NCBI GenBank assembly: GCA_044352155.1
Contig: JBILEK010000003.1
Location: forward strand, 834-64,833
Source of the DNA: Bdellovibrionia bacterium
GTDB taxonomy: Bacteria > Bdellovibrionota > UBA1018 > JBILEK01
DNA: 64,000 nucleotides
Reading direction: 5' to 3'
This document shows, in pieces, positions 1 to 9,757 of this stretch. A program made the position numbers and the translations under genes. Position 1 is the first letter of the stretch; every line of letters starts with the position of its first letter. Under the pieces are notes generated by a model. It was not told the DNA's origin. It saw only the letters and a program-made list of their open reading frames with translations, and did no database searches.

Positions 1-2645
1 TGAGCAAAGCTCAGTGTCCATCTCGCAAGACGATGAAGAGAGGCGATTGCATACGGTCCACCAGCCTCAGCGGCATCGGTGTAGAACTTTGAGAGACGCT
101 GAAATCCGTTGATCCGATCAGTAATCCCGCGCTGAAGCGTAACTTCCGGAAGCGCAAGAGGCGCAAACTTAAAGCGCTCCTCTTCGAAATCCGCCAGACG
201 ATAGCGCACATAACCGATGTAAGGCGACTGAGTTTTTGCTGCTAAACTCGAGACCTGTGCGTAAACTTTGCGCGCATTTGGAAAATCTTTTGACTTCAAA
301 AACAAGTCTCCTAAGCGCGCTCCACACTCGGCACCCACACTCCCGCCTGCTTTCAGACAATTGCGATACCACTGCGAGGCCGAAGACTCGCTCCCTGTCT
401 TTTCTTGAAGCTTTCCGATCAGCAGCTGGATGGAAGGTACTCTTGCTTGAGCCTGAGCTCCGAAGCGCTTGATCCACTCGGCCCAAAGCTTTTGTGCGTA
501 CTCTGCATCCCCGAGCGCCTCAGAGATACGCGCTGCAGTTTCCAGTGACTCAGCATCCGCAGTGTCCTGAGAGATGCGTTCAAAAACGACTACCGCTCCC
601 TTAAACTCACCCTGAATCAGCTGCTGAGTGGCCATGATGCGCAACTGCTCGGGTAGTTTTTTGCTTCGAGGAAATCGCACAGACCACCGCTGAAGTACTC
701 GCTCGGCGCTCTCACGATCAGAGGCGAGTCCGTAGTTTAAAATCGCACTCTGGTAGGACTTTTCTGAAAGCTCAGCGTCTTTACTCCCCTCGGCGAACCG
801 CTCATAGGCTCGCGCCGCCGCTTTATAGTCTTTCTTGCGCTCGTAGATCGAGATCAGGCTTACGGATAAACGCGTTTCTTGAGCCGCAATGAGCTGCGCT
901 AACTTGCCACCTTGCTTGCGATCTTCAGTGACCAGTGCTGCGTTTTCTTTAAGACTCTTACAGGTCTCTGCAAGATCTTCGGCACTTGAAGCAAACTCAC
1001 TTTCAGACGCTATTTTAGGATCAGGCAAACGATCACTTAAGATCTGCACCCAAAGTCGCGCAGCGGTAAGCCCTTGTGGAGTGCTTGGGTAGCGATTCAC
1101 TAAAGATTTTGCGCGTTTAAGCGCCTCTGCTTGAGTCTCCAGGTATCCTGCAAGAAGCTGCGCAGATCGCACGGCAGCCTCTCGGGCTTCAAGTGAGCCC
1201 TCGATACGCTCCTGAAGCTGATCTGAAGCCTTCACAAACTCGAGCTCCGTCTCTGTGGGTTGAGACTTACCGGTGTGCACTGAACCCGCAGAGGATTGTG
1301 CTTTTAAAGTTTCTGAGAGGGAACCCACCCAGTTGGCTGCTGCATCTTTCTTGAAGCGATCATCCCCTTTTTCAACAACCTCTTTGTATAGAAGCGAGGC
1401 CTCTTTTTTCTTACCGAGATCACGCTTAACTTCTGCAAGGTACATCTGGATCTCGGCTTTTTCTCCGCGTGAGTCGTTTCGAGCCAGAAGCTCAAGGTAG
1501 AGCTTATAGAAGCGCTCAGCCAACAAGAGCTGATCTCGCGAGGGCTTCTTACGATAACTCGCATGCGCTTGGGTCGCTGTACGGCGGAGCATCGACTTTA
1601 AGTTGTTAAAAGCAACCTCCGTATCACCGGAGAGACTCGTCGGGATTCGCGCGCGCTCAAGGAGTGCCGGAACGGCCGCGTAGTTTTTCTTATTGATTTC
1701 AAGCTCAATGAGCTTTGCAATCACCCGAAACGCAGCCTCATCCTCTGGATAGGTTTTTAAGATCGTTTCATAAACCTTGATTGCCTGATCTCTTTTAAGC
1801 GTGCGCTCATACTCTCGCCCGAGGCGCTCTAAGGTTACGGGAAAGTAGTCGCGATTTCCGGCAACGCTTTGAAAGTAAGCCAGCGCGTCCTCGACACGTC
1901 CTGCCTCCGTCATGAAAATCGCCATGTCTCGCAAAGCTTCTTCGCGCAAGGAGACTTGACTCTCCCCCTCCTCGGTTGCAGCGGAAATCGCTTTTTTCAT
2001 CGTCTCAACTGCACGGCTAAACTGCTTCGTGCGGTAGTATGTCCAAGCGAGTTTATGCAAGAGCGTTGGAGTTGTTCTTGGCTTAGAGCGCAGTGCAAGC
2101 TCGTAATAAGCTTGAGCCTGACGGTACTCTTGATCGCCATAAAACGAGTCGCCAAGCTCGCGATAGGCTTCGGCGACAAAGGGACTCTCTGGATATTGCT
2201 CGGTGAGCTTTTTCAAGTAGAGAAGGCTCTTTTTACGATCGCCAAGCTCTCCATAGTTAAAGCCCAGAAAATAATAAACGCGATCCATTTTGTTAAACGG
2301 TATTCGTAAATTCAAAATCTCACGGCACGCTTGGATTCCCTGGCTTAAGTACGGACGCGAGTTCGAGCGCTCGATCGTTTTAACTCGCATGCCTTGTTTT
2401 AAGCGCTTCTCATGCACTCGCCCTTCCAGCAAAAATTGCGCACGATACTCCTCAAGATAGAGCTCAGCTAAGCGAAAGTAGAGATCCGCGCGACGATTGG
2501 ACTGGATGCGCCGACCGAGGGCTAGGCGAATTTGTATCACTTCTTGCTCACGGAGCTGACGGATCTTGCTCTCCTTGTCTGACTCAACGCTTCGAAGCTC
2601 GCTTAGGCTATAGCGATCCGTCGCGGGGGCAGCATACGAGAGCAT
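1..2645 (-). CDS. Large TPR-repeat exported protein; 3-prime end runs off the window start (partial). ATG start at 2645; an alternative TTG at 2711 would add a classic signal peptide (HKRFLIPLLVLSAAMLSYAAPA)
   Basis: Manual translation of the minus strand from 2645 to position 1 gives an uninterrupted about 880-aa reading frame with repeated TPR-like helical motifs (for example AEAYRELGDSFYGDQEYRQAQAYYELAL). It is absent from the ORF track only because no stop codon lies inside the window. Confidence 0.6.
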   Translation of the reverse strand, partial: MLSYAAPATDRYSLSELRSVESDKESKIRQLREQEVIQIRLALGRRIQSNRRADLYFRLAELYLEEYRAQFLLEGRVHEKRLKQGMRVKTIERSNSRPYLSQGIQACREILNLRIPFNKMDRVYYFLGFNYGELGDRKKSLLYLKKLTEQYPESPFVAEAYRELGDSFYGDQEYRQAQAYYELALRSKPRTTPTLLHKLAWTYYRTKQFSRAVETMKKAISAATEEGESQVSLREEALRDMAIFMTEAGRVEDALAYFQSVAGNRDYFPVTLERLGREYERTLKRDQAIKVYETILKTYPEDEAAFRVIAKLIELEINKKNYAAVPALLERARIPTSLSGDTEVAFNNLKSMLRRTATQAHASYRKKPSRDQLLLAERFYKLYLELLARNDSRGEKAEIQMYLAEVKRDLGKKKEASLLYKEVVEKGDDRFKKDAAANWVGSLSETLKAQSSAGSVHTGKSQPTETELEFVKASDQLQERIEGSLEAREAAVRSAQLLAGYLETQAEALKRAKSLVNRYPSTPQGLTAARLWVQILSDRLPDPKIASESEFASSAEDLAETCKSLKENAALVTEDRKQGGKLAQLIAAQETRLSVSLISIYERKKDYKAAARAYERFAEGSKDAELSEKSYQSAILNYGLASDRESAERVLQRWSVRFPRSKKLPEQLRIMATQQLIQGEFKGAVVVFERISQDTADAESLETAARISEALGDAEYAQKLWAEWIKRFGAQAQARVPSIQLLIGKLQEKTGSESSASQWYRNCLKAGGSVGAECGARLGDLFLKSKDFPNARKVYAQVSSLAAKTQSPYIGYVRYRLADFEEERFKFAPLALPEVTLQRGITDRINGFQRLSKFYTDAAEAGGPYAIASLHRLARWTLSFA

Positions 2646-2682
2646 CGCAGCGCTTAGCACCAGCAAAGGGATCAAAAACCGT

Positions 2683-4233
2683 TTATGAACTGCACTGAGA
2701 TTCAAGACCAAAGACGTAATCCCCTAGTTCGTCGTTCCAGAACTCCCCGTTGAAGTCCCAGTAATACTGATGCTGTTTTGCTCGCGGAGTGTTTTGTCCT
2801 CGCAAGCGTCCTTCTGCAGGTGATTTCCCATACAGAAGCTTGTCTTTTGCGCGCCCGAGCATCTCGATCTTAATGAAGCTCATCTTTTCAAAATCGGAGA
2901 TCAACGCGGCATGGTGATCCAAAAGACTGTTTTTGACGAAAGCTCCGCCCAACTGGCGTACTGACTTCAGTCTCCACTGGAGGACTTGGCGAAGAAATCC
3001 TGGAAACCCCTCACGCAACTGATGCGACACTCCCGGCTGCAAGGAGTCGAACTGGCGGATCGCACTTTGCTCTGCTTGAATCGAGCCCTCTGATGCGACC
3101 AGGGTTTGAAAATAAGCGCCCCGTACAAATCGATTGATCACACGATTGAGCTCGTCTTGGGTGTGCAGTGGACTCTCGAGAGCTTGTTTACCGATTTGAT
3201 AGAACGGATCAAGCCGACTCGCGTTTTGCTCCAAAAACTGCTTCATGCGCTGTCCAAGAGGCAAGTAGCGCTGATCAAATTCTTTAATAGCTTTGTCAGT
3301 ATCCGCGTACAAGCAGAGCATCAAGAACGTCTGTGCACGCAGCACTTCAACCTCTGAGTTGTAGATAAACTGCAGCGCAGGTGCTTTGTAAGTGACCAAG
3401 CGTCCTAGCGTGCGGTTGTACTCTGCCTGGGCAAATGCATTCCAAGCTTGCTCAAAGAGGATATCCGTCCACACGAAACTTGATTTAGGGATTCGGTCCC
3501 ACTCGCGATCCGCCTCTTCAAAACGCCCTGCCTGATAGAGTGTGCGCGCCACACTTGCTTGACAACGCGACTTTAAGTCTTCGCCCTGACGCACTTGTGC
3601 GGGAGACTGCGTCAGCGATTGCGCTGCGCTGACGCAAGCGCTGAAGTCTTGAAGCGCACTTTGCACATCCCCCGTCATCGCGCGCGAAACGCCCCTCAAC
3701 TGCATCGCCCATGGATAGAGAAAACTCTCCTTGCTTACGCCACCTAAGAGCGCGATCACTCTCCGCTCATCACCCTCCAGCAGTGCTGACTTCGCCATCA
3801 CAAAAGCAAACGCATGGCGATTCACTCCCGAGTAATCATCCTCAGTCGTATGTTGGAGAAGATATTTTCGGAGCAGGTCTGGTCCCACTCGCTCGATCAT
3901 CTCGTGAGTTTGCGTCAGAACACGCCGAATTGCGCTTCGGTTACCGCTCTGAAGAGTGCGAATGAAAAAATACGAGGCCGAGTGATGGAGCCCCGCCTTG
4001 ATGAGTCCCAAGGCTGTCCACGAGTACGCTTGAGCCTGAAGGCTTGGATTGCCCTCCACCGCATCAAAAGCGTAGCGCGCAGCTTTGAAATACTGGCCAC
4101 TTTCATAAAGAGTGCGAGCGTCACGAAGCGCTTGCGCCTCCTCGGAGCGGGCCGTGGCAGGCAAAAGCGCAATCAGGACGAGCGCTAGAGGCGCAAGCCA
4201 GCGCCGATGTTGAACGTGTAGTTCGAGTACCAC
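2683..4233 (-). CDS. Exported TPR-like repeat protein (516 aa), function unknown
   Basis: Long ORF with an N-terminal hydrophobic signal-like segment (RRWLAPLALVLIALLPATA) and helical repeat composition. Its stop (TAA 2683-2685) overlaps the start region of the downstream TPR gene. Confidence 0.5.
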   Translation of the reverse strand: MVLELHVQHRRWLAPLALVLIALLPATARSEEAQALRDARTLYESGQYFKAARYAFDAVEGNPSLQAQAYSWTALGLIKAGLHHSASYFFIRTLQSGNRSAIRRVLTQTHEMIERVGPDLLRKYLLQHTTEDDYSGVNRHAFAFVMAKSALLEGDERRVIALLGGVSKESFLYPWAMQLRGVSRAMTGDVQSALQDFSACVSAAQSLTQSPAQVRQGEDLKSRCQASVARTLYQAGRFEEADREWDRIPKSSFVWTDILFEQAWNAFAQAEYNRTLGRLVTYKAPALQFIYNSEVEVLRAQTFLMLCLYADTDKAIKEFDQRYLPLGQRMKQFLEQNASRLDPFYQIGKQALESPLHTQDELNRVINRFVRGAYFQTLVASEGSIQAEQSAIRQFDSLQPGVSHQLREGFPGFLRQVLQWRLKSVRQLGGAFVKNSLLDHHAALISDFEKMSFIKIEMLGRAKDKLLYGKSPAEGRLRGQNTPRAKQHQYYWDFNGEFWNDELGDYVFGLESQCSS

Positions 4234-4898
4234 CGGGAGTCTCCTGAAGTTCCAAGAAGTTTAGCGGAGTAAAAAGCACCCATAAAATCAAGCCGCACAA
4301 CAAAGCTCTGAGACAAATGAAACTGATGCCCCGTTCCGAGCATGATTGGCACGAGGTTCTCAGTCACCAAGCTCGGTGCATTGTTGACGTTACGATTGAC
4401 GTCAAGCTGAGTACGCATCGAGGCAACACCTGCCGAAAAATACCAGTCAAAATACAAGATCGAATTAAAGACATTGATCTTCGAGTACCAAGGCGACCAT
4501 TGCAACAGGAGTCCTACGTTGCTCTGAATCTCGCGCACAATCGGAAGTGAAGTAGAGGAAAGAATCTTAAGTGCATCCATGGTCGAGTTAGAGGAGTTGG
4601 AATAGAACTGACCAAACGCCTCAAGACCGAAGTCCTCATGAAAGAAATACCCGAATCGAAGATCCGCGTTCTTTACGTCACGGTAAGGATTGGATAACCC
4701 AAATCCGCCTAACGCACTGAAGAGAACTTTTTTGGACTTCAAGTACTTACGGTTTTGGAGAACGTAGATTTTTTTGTCTGGATCAAGCCAGCTAAAATTG
4801 TACTCATCCCGGCTAGCGTAAGCTGTAGAGCTTACCCCTAAACACAGAGCACCGAAGACAACCAAGGCCAGGGCCCGCAATCGCGAATGAACGTCCAT
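4185..4898 (-). CDS. Putative outer-membrane beta-barrel protein (start chosen at MDVHSRLRALALVVFGALCLGVSSTAYA signal peptide)
   Basis: Signal peptide followed by alternating hydrophobic/aromatic-rich strands with a Gly/Ser/Asn/Tyr-rich composition and an aromatic C-terminal region typical of OM barrels. Inference only. Confidence 0.4.
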   Translation of the reverse strand: MDVHSRLRALALVVFGALCLGVSSTAYASRDEYNFSWLDPDKKIYVLQNRKYLKSKKVLFSALGGFGLSNPYRDVKNADLRFGYFFHEDFGLEAFGQFYSNSSNSTMDALKILSSTSLPIVREIQSNVGLLLQWSPWYSKINVFNSILYFDWYFSAGVASMRTQLDVNRNVNNAPSLVTENLVPIMLGTGHQFHLSQSFVVRLDFMGAFYSAKLLGTSGDSRWYSNYTFNIGAGLRL

Positions 4899-4970
4899 GT
4901 CACTCCCTACTCTTCTTCTCAAGATTAACAGCGAGGACGGAAAGAGAGCTAGTGATTTGTCCGTCTTGCG

Positions 4971-7829
4971 TCAACCCAATGACGAGCGGCCCTCGGCGCA
5001 GTGCTCAGTAAAGTCACAGAATCGACAACGCTCTGACGGACGCGCAACACCTGGGGCTCCCTGAACGATTTTGCTCATCTGCTCAAAGGACAGACAAAGA
5101 TCGACCCCACGGAGAGGCACTTCAATCTCTCGGACACCGAAGGGCGAGACATGAATCAGCACAGCGCGCACTTTGCCTTGCGCCTCTGGCTCAAGCGCAC
5201 CCACTGCGTACGCGTAGAGCTCAAGCTGAGCTTGATACTCCCTGATCAGCGCTTCTTCAGATTTTTCACCCCGCGTGATCTTAAAGTCTAAAACAACATA
5301 CTGTCCGCGCTCGCAGACGAGCCGATCGAGTGCTCCGACGAGCACTTCTTTTCCATCGCGCGTCTCAACTGGGGCCTCAAACGCAAGCTCCGCCCAAGCT
5401 TCAAAGCTCTTTGCCACGTCGCTCGGGCGCATCCAAGGGGAGCGCTCCATCCACTCGATGAGCGGAGCCGCTCGGAACCGATCACTCCCAAACTCAGCCT
5501 CTAACGCGCGCAGCATCTCTGCATCCAAGCGCTCCAAAGCGGCATGCACTCGAGTTCCAATCTCATTTTGAGCAATCGATTCGTTGTTTTTTTTCGCTCG
5601 CTCGTGCTCTCGACGCTCTCGATTGAGAGTCGCAGGATCGGGCGCCCTTAAATAAGTCCACTCATACGCCCTGGGACAGTGTTGATGAAGATTCCACTCA
5701 CTCACGCTGATGCGCGAACGCCTCAGCCCTGAGTGCTGAGCTTGAGGGCGCTTTTTAATCTCGCCTCTTGGCGCTTGAGTACCCCACTGAAACGCCTCAG
5801 CACACTGCGGTTTCCGAATCACCGTGCGTGCCGGAGCGCTCGTTTGAATCCAAGCTCTCCAATCCTCGCGCAGATCAAACGGCTCTTTTGGATCAGACTC
5901 AGGAGGCGTGTGCGGAAAAAAAACAGTCACCAGTCGCTCTTGGGCGCGCGTAAGAGCGACGTAAAAGAGACGTTTGTTTTCGGCAAGCTCTTTTGATCGC
6001 TCAAGTTCTTTCCACTGTAGATACTCAGAGTTTTTGCGATCAAGCTCTCCCTCCTCGTCGCGAGGAGCGAGAAACGCACCTTTCTCTCGATCCCAAAAAA
6101 GCGTCGGACTTCGTGCACGTGGAGGAGTCGTGAAATCCGAAGCAAAATCAAGCAAGATCACATGCGGAAACTCTAATCCCTTTGATCCATGAATCGTCAT
6201 GACCCTGAGACTTTCCAAGTTGCGAGGGGGCGGAACTTCTCGCTCCCTGCGCTCTGCCTCAATCGAACGGCCGAGCTCGCGCACAACCCCTGCAAAGTCG
6301 CGCCCTTCAAAACTCAACGTCTCCGAACGATGCCACAACCCAAGAGCCGCGTAGCCAAGCTGTGACTCAGACTCGGGCGCATCCAAAAGAGCTGCAATAA
6401 TCTCACCGGGTCGCACCACTCTGTGTCGCAGAGGCAAGAGCCGAAGTGCGAGCGGATGCTCGGTTTCAAAAAAATGATCTAGGAGAGGCTTTTTTTGCTC
6501 ACGAACCCAAAGATCCAAAGTCAGATCAGGCACACCCACCCAAGGAGCGCGCAAAAAGACGGCAGCCGAAAGTGAGTTCGCAGGCTGTCGCCACGCCTTT
6601 AAAAGAGCATAAACCTCACGGACGCGTGGATCCTCCCAGAAAAAACCTCCACTTGCGATCGCAACCGGTACCTGAGCCCGCTCGAGAGCCTCCAGCCAGT
6701 GCGTTGCGCCTCGTAGCTTACGCACTAAAATCACAAAATCAGAGAGTCGCTTGCCTTGACTCACTTCACTCCAGAGCCACTCTGCAAGAGACTCTGCGCG
6801 CTCCAAGTGAAGCTCTAAAACCTCATCCTCTCCAGAGGCCGGCCGCTCTGCGATCAGGGCTTCATACTGAAGCCCTGAGGACGGAAAAACACGCGCACAA
6901 ACGGTATTGGAGTATTCCAGAATTCCAGGCCGACTCCGAAAGTTGCGCGTCAGCGAGAGTCGCACTGGCAGCCGCTCACAGAGCTCCGTGAACAAACTCA
7001 CATCCGCGTCCCGAAACCGATAGATCGATTGCTTAGGGTCTCCGACGACGCAAAGGTTGGACTGATCCGGTCTCGCAAACGACCAGATCACTTGCGCTTG
7101 CACAGGGTTAGTGTCCTGAAACTCATCGACCATCACGAGATCAAATCTGCGATGAAACTCCTGCCTCACTCTCTCTGACTGGAGCGCTTCAAGCGCATAG
7201 TGTTCAAGATCGTCAAAGTCCAGTGCGGCTCGGCGCGCTTTGCCACGCTCATACGCTTTCAATACAAACTCTAAAATCCGATGAAGCGCCTGCGAAAAGA
7301 CGCTCTCGGAGGACGAGAGACTCTGAAGCACACCAAACGACCGAAGTGCTCGCCCTCGCACCAGCAAATCCACCAGCTGCGCGCGCGTATGCCGCTCAAG
7401 AAGACAATCCAGATCTCGGGCAATTTGCGTCGGGAGAGCGTCACTCCAAAGTCGCTCAAGCGCGCGCCCCCAGAGTGCTTGAGACTCGCTCTCGGAGAGC
7501 ACGCGCTCCTCCCCCACCAAACCCGCCGAGCGCGGCTCCTCACGTAAAATCGCCGAGCAAAGTCCATGAATCGTCATGACCCAGTGACGCTCAAGAGCCA
7601 CCTTTGCAGCGAGACGGGCCCTCAATTCGGAGGCCGATTTCTCAGTAAACGAGACGGCCACAAAGCGCGCTTCAGGGTTTTGACGTAGAAGCTCTTCACA
7701 TTTCTCGACTAAGGTGCTCGTCTTTCCGGATCCAGCCCCCGCTGCAACCGCACATCCGACGCCCCAAGTTTCTACGACGCGGCGCTGCTCGGTTGTCCAT
7801 TCTCGACGCTGAGTTTGTACTTCTGACAT
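4971..7829 (-). CDS. UvrD/AddA-family ATP-dependent helicase fused to a C-terminal RecB-like PD-(D/E)XK nuclease domain with a Cas4/AddB-type Cys4 (C-Xn-C-X2-C-X5-C) Fe-S motif
   Basis: Walker [11 protein letters not shown], motif VDEFQDTNPVQ, nuclease motif VVLDFKIT...QLELYAYAV, terminal CRFCDFTEHC plus an upstream Cys. Start set at MSEVQT (7829); the ORF track allows 7865. Confidence 0.7.
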   Translation of the reverse strand: MSEVQTQRREWTTEQRRVVETWGVGCAVAAGAGSGKTSTLVEKCEELLRQNPEARFVAVSFTEKSASELRARLAAKVALERHWVMTIHGLCSAILREEPRSAGLVGEERVLSESESQALWGRALERLWSDALPTQIARDLDCLLERHTRAQLVDLLVRGRALRSFGVLQSLSSSESVFSQALHRILEFVLKAYERGKARRAALDFDDLEHYALEALQSERVRQEFHRRFDLVMVDEFQDTNPVQAQVIWSFARPDQSNLCVVGDPKQSIYRFRDADVSLFTELCERLPVRLSLTRNFRSRPGILEYSNTVCARVFPSSGLQYEALIAERPASGEDEVLELHLERAESLAEWLWSEVSQGKRLSDFVILVRKLRGATHWLEALERAQVPVAIASGGFFWEDPRVREVYALLKAWRQPANSLSAAVFLRAPWVGVPDLTLDLWVREQKKPLLDHFFETEHPLALRLLPLRHRVVRPGEIIAALLDAPESESQLGYAALGLWHRSETLSFEGRDFAGVVRELGRSIEAERREREVPPPRNLESLRVMTIHGSKGLEFPHVILLDFASDFTTPPRARSPTLFWDREKGAFLAPRDEEGELDRKNSEYLQWKELERSKELAENKRLFYVALTRAQERLVTVFFPHTPPESDPKEPFDLREDWRAWIQTSAPARTVIRKPQCAEAFQWGTQAPRGEIKKRPQAQHSGLRRSRISVSEWNLHQHCPRAYEWTYLRAPDPATLNRERREHERAKKNNESIAQNEIGTRVHAALERLDAEMLRALEAEFGSDRFRAAPLIEWMERSPWMRPSDVAKSFEAWAELAFEAPVETRDGKEVLVGALDRLVCERGQYVVLDFKITRGEKSEEALIREYQAQLELYAYAVGALEPEAQGKVRAVLIHVSPFGVREIEVPLRGVDLCLSFEQMSKIVQGAPGVARPSERCRFCDFTEHCAEGRSSLG

Positions 7830-7849
7830 CCCTCTCTTAGTATAGAAGC

Positions 7850-8560
7850 GTGATCCGCGCAGCAATGGTCAAATCTTTCGCTCTGCTCTGCCTGCTCCTC
7901 CACATGACGAGCTCAGCCCGTGCCGGGAGCTCTAATCTTTTGTTCGCGCTCCCTCATCTCTCTCCGAGCCCTCTCACTCTCCCCGCAGGTCGGCTCCTGC
8001 TTGGAACGCAGATCTCCTACGGAGTGACTGACTTTTTGCAGGTAGAGACCGATTTGCTGCGCGATTTCTATAGCGTGTACAATGCCCACCTCAAACTACA
8101 GATCTGGGACGAGGATTTGGCTGCAGTCGCTTTGACGCTTGGTTTTGAGACCTACAACCCTAAAAACTTTTATCCCACATGCCCTGATAGCCAGATCACC
8201 TCTTGGCAGCCCGGCGTAGCTATAGCGCTTCTTGCGATGGATCGTGTTGCGTGGTTTGGCTCAGCAAATCTGAATTATCAAAAATTCGAAATGACATTTG
8301 CAGATGGCTCCACTCCTGCGGGAGTACGCGGAGCGCGACTCTCCAGTGATCTTGCGTGGGCCTACCATCCTGCCACAGCAAAGCGAGAGATCCCTCGCGT
8401 GCTCTCGGGAGGAGTGAGCTATGATTTTACGTACGGGTTATTTGGAGTGGGTGTGAGCCATCATTGGCCTGGATTTCAGGTGGGTTTTCACTACTACCCT
8501 AATGCAGGCCAACGAAAGCTTCTGCCCATCCTCATCGGCGGCATGGGGTTACAGCTCTAA
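7850..8560 (+). CDS. Hypothetical exported protein (signal peptide, Gly/aromatic-rich)
   Basis: ORF with N-terminal signal-like segment MVKSFALLCLLLHMTSSARA; no recognisable catalytic motif. Confidence 0.4.
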   Translation: MIRAAMVKSFALLCLLLHMTSSARAGSSNLLFALPHLSPSPLTLPAGRLLLGTQISYGVTDFLQVETDLLRDFYSVYNAHLKLQIWDEDLAAVALTLGFETYNPKNFYPTCPDSQITSWQPGVAIALLAMDRVAWFGSANLNYQKFEMTFADGSTPAGVRGARLSSDLAWAYHPATAKREIPRVLSGGVSYDFTYGLFGVGVSHHWPGFQVGFHYYPNAGQRKLLPILIGGMGLQL

Positions 8561-8570
8561 GAGATGGGTC

Positions 8571-8996
8571 TCAACCTGTGCGGTCGTGTCGCGCGCGCAC
8601 GACGGTACGGATATTTCCCCGAACCGAGAAATCTCCTGAGATCTCCATCTCCCAGGGATCTAAAAGCTCCACGAGATCATCGAGAATCTTATTGGGCACA
8701 TCCTCATGAAAGATGCCTTTGTTCCGAAACTGGTTGATATAAAGCTTAAGACTCTTGAGCTCCACGCACCAATCGCGCGGGATGTAGCGGATCGCAAGAG
8801 TTGCAAAATCAGGAAACCCCGTCACCGGACACAGGCACGTGAACTCAGGGATCGTAAACTCGATCGTGTAGCGACGTACGAGCGTGCGATTCCGAAAGCG
8901 CAAAAGACGAGCTTCTCGAATCATTTTCGCGCCATCTGGGCGCTTGAGTGCTAGTGTGTACTCATCTTTACGGGTCAGAGGCTTCTTTTTCGGCAT
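8571..8996 (-). CDS. queF: NADPH-dependent 7-cyano-7-deazaguanine (preQ0) reductase QueF
   Basis: 141 aa, conserved Cys motif EFTCLCPVTGFPDFA and QueF signature E-LKSLKLY. Confidence 0.8.
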   Translation of the reverse strand: MPKKKPLTRKDEYTLALKRPDGAKMIREARLLRFRNRTLVRRYTIEFTIPEFTCLCPVTGFPDFATLAIRYIPRDWCVELKSLKLYINQFRNKGIFHEDVPNKILDDLVELLDPWEMEISGDFSVRGNIRTVVRARHDRTG

Positions 8997-9028
8997 GCTC
9001 CCGACTTACCTTAAGCTCGCCTGCGACG

Positions 9029-9757
9029 CTACTCTTCGTCGTCGATCGCCTCACCGCGCAAAAGCGGCGCTGCAAACGCAATGCTTGATCGGTCCTTGCC
9101 ACGGATCTCAGTGCAATCTTTGGATCGAACGCGCTTGAGAACCGAATCCAAGCGCGGTGCGTGTTGAGAGAGCAGTTTTTCGTAGTTCCCTTGCGCAGTC
9201 ACTTCGGCCACAAATACACTGGGCCGCATGCGATGACCGCGGCGATCCACTTTCTCAGTCTGAAACACAATGTAAACATCATTGCGGTTGGACAGACAGC
9301 TGCCGAAAAACGCGCGGCTCTGATAGAGCGTTTGACCGGTTTTTCGATCCCTGACGCGGCCCGGATAAACAAAATGAAGCGGCCGCACTTGCGGTCGAAG
9401 ACTAAGGAGCGTGAGCCCTCGACGCTCTTCACACCCTGCGCAAGGCAAACCAGAGACCAAAACTGCAGGAAACTCAGGCGCTCCCTGAGCGCGGCTATAG
9501 ATCGGGCCTAAAACCTCGACGTCGTGGAGCCCAGTCTTCAGCTCACCCGGCGCCTGCGCCCCGCTCTGCGCTGCAAAAGTAATGACTCCCTGCTCCACTT
9601 TTGCGACTTGAATCGCGCCGCGAAACACTCCAGGCTCCGAAAGCGCTGGGCGCTCGGGAGAGCCAAAGGCGACGAAATTAAGAGTCCAGAGGGTCAAACT
9701 TAAGAGCAAATTCACGCTGTTTCTCCGTTTCTTGGCCTGTGGTATACCCGGGAGCAT
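9029..9757 (-). CDS. Hypothetical exported protein
   Basis: 242-aa ORF with N-terminal hydrophobic segment; no motif recognised. Confidence 0.4.
   Translation of the reverse strand: MLPGIPQAKKRRNSVNLLLSLTLWTLNFVAFGSPERPALSEPGVFRGAIQVAKVEQGVITFAAQSGAQAPGELKTGLHDVEVLGPIYSRAQGAPEFPAVLVSGLPCAGCEERRGLTLLSLRPQVRPLHFVYPGRVRDRKTGQTLYQSRAFFGSCLSNRNDVYIVFQTEKVDRRGHRMRPSVFVAEVTAQGNYEKLLSQHAPRLDSVLKRVRSKDCTEIRGKDRSSIAFAAPLLRGEAIDDEE

Noticed and set aside
1869-2309. 146-aa plus-strand ORF
   Set aside because: Antisense to the continuous TPR-protein reading frame that runs from 2645 to the window start.
6446-6991. 181-aa plus-strand ORF
   Set aside because: Lies entirely antisense within the well-supported helicase-nuclease gene; Pro/Arg/Ala-rich GC-frame artefact.
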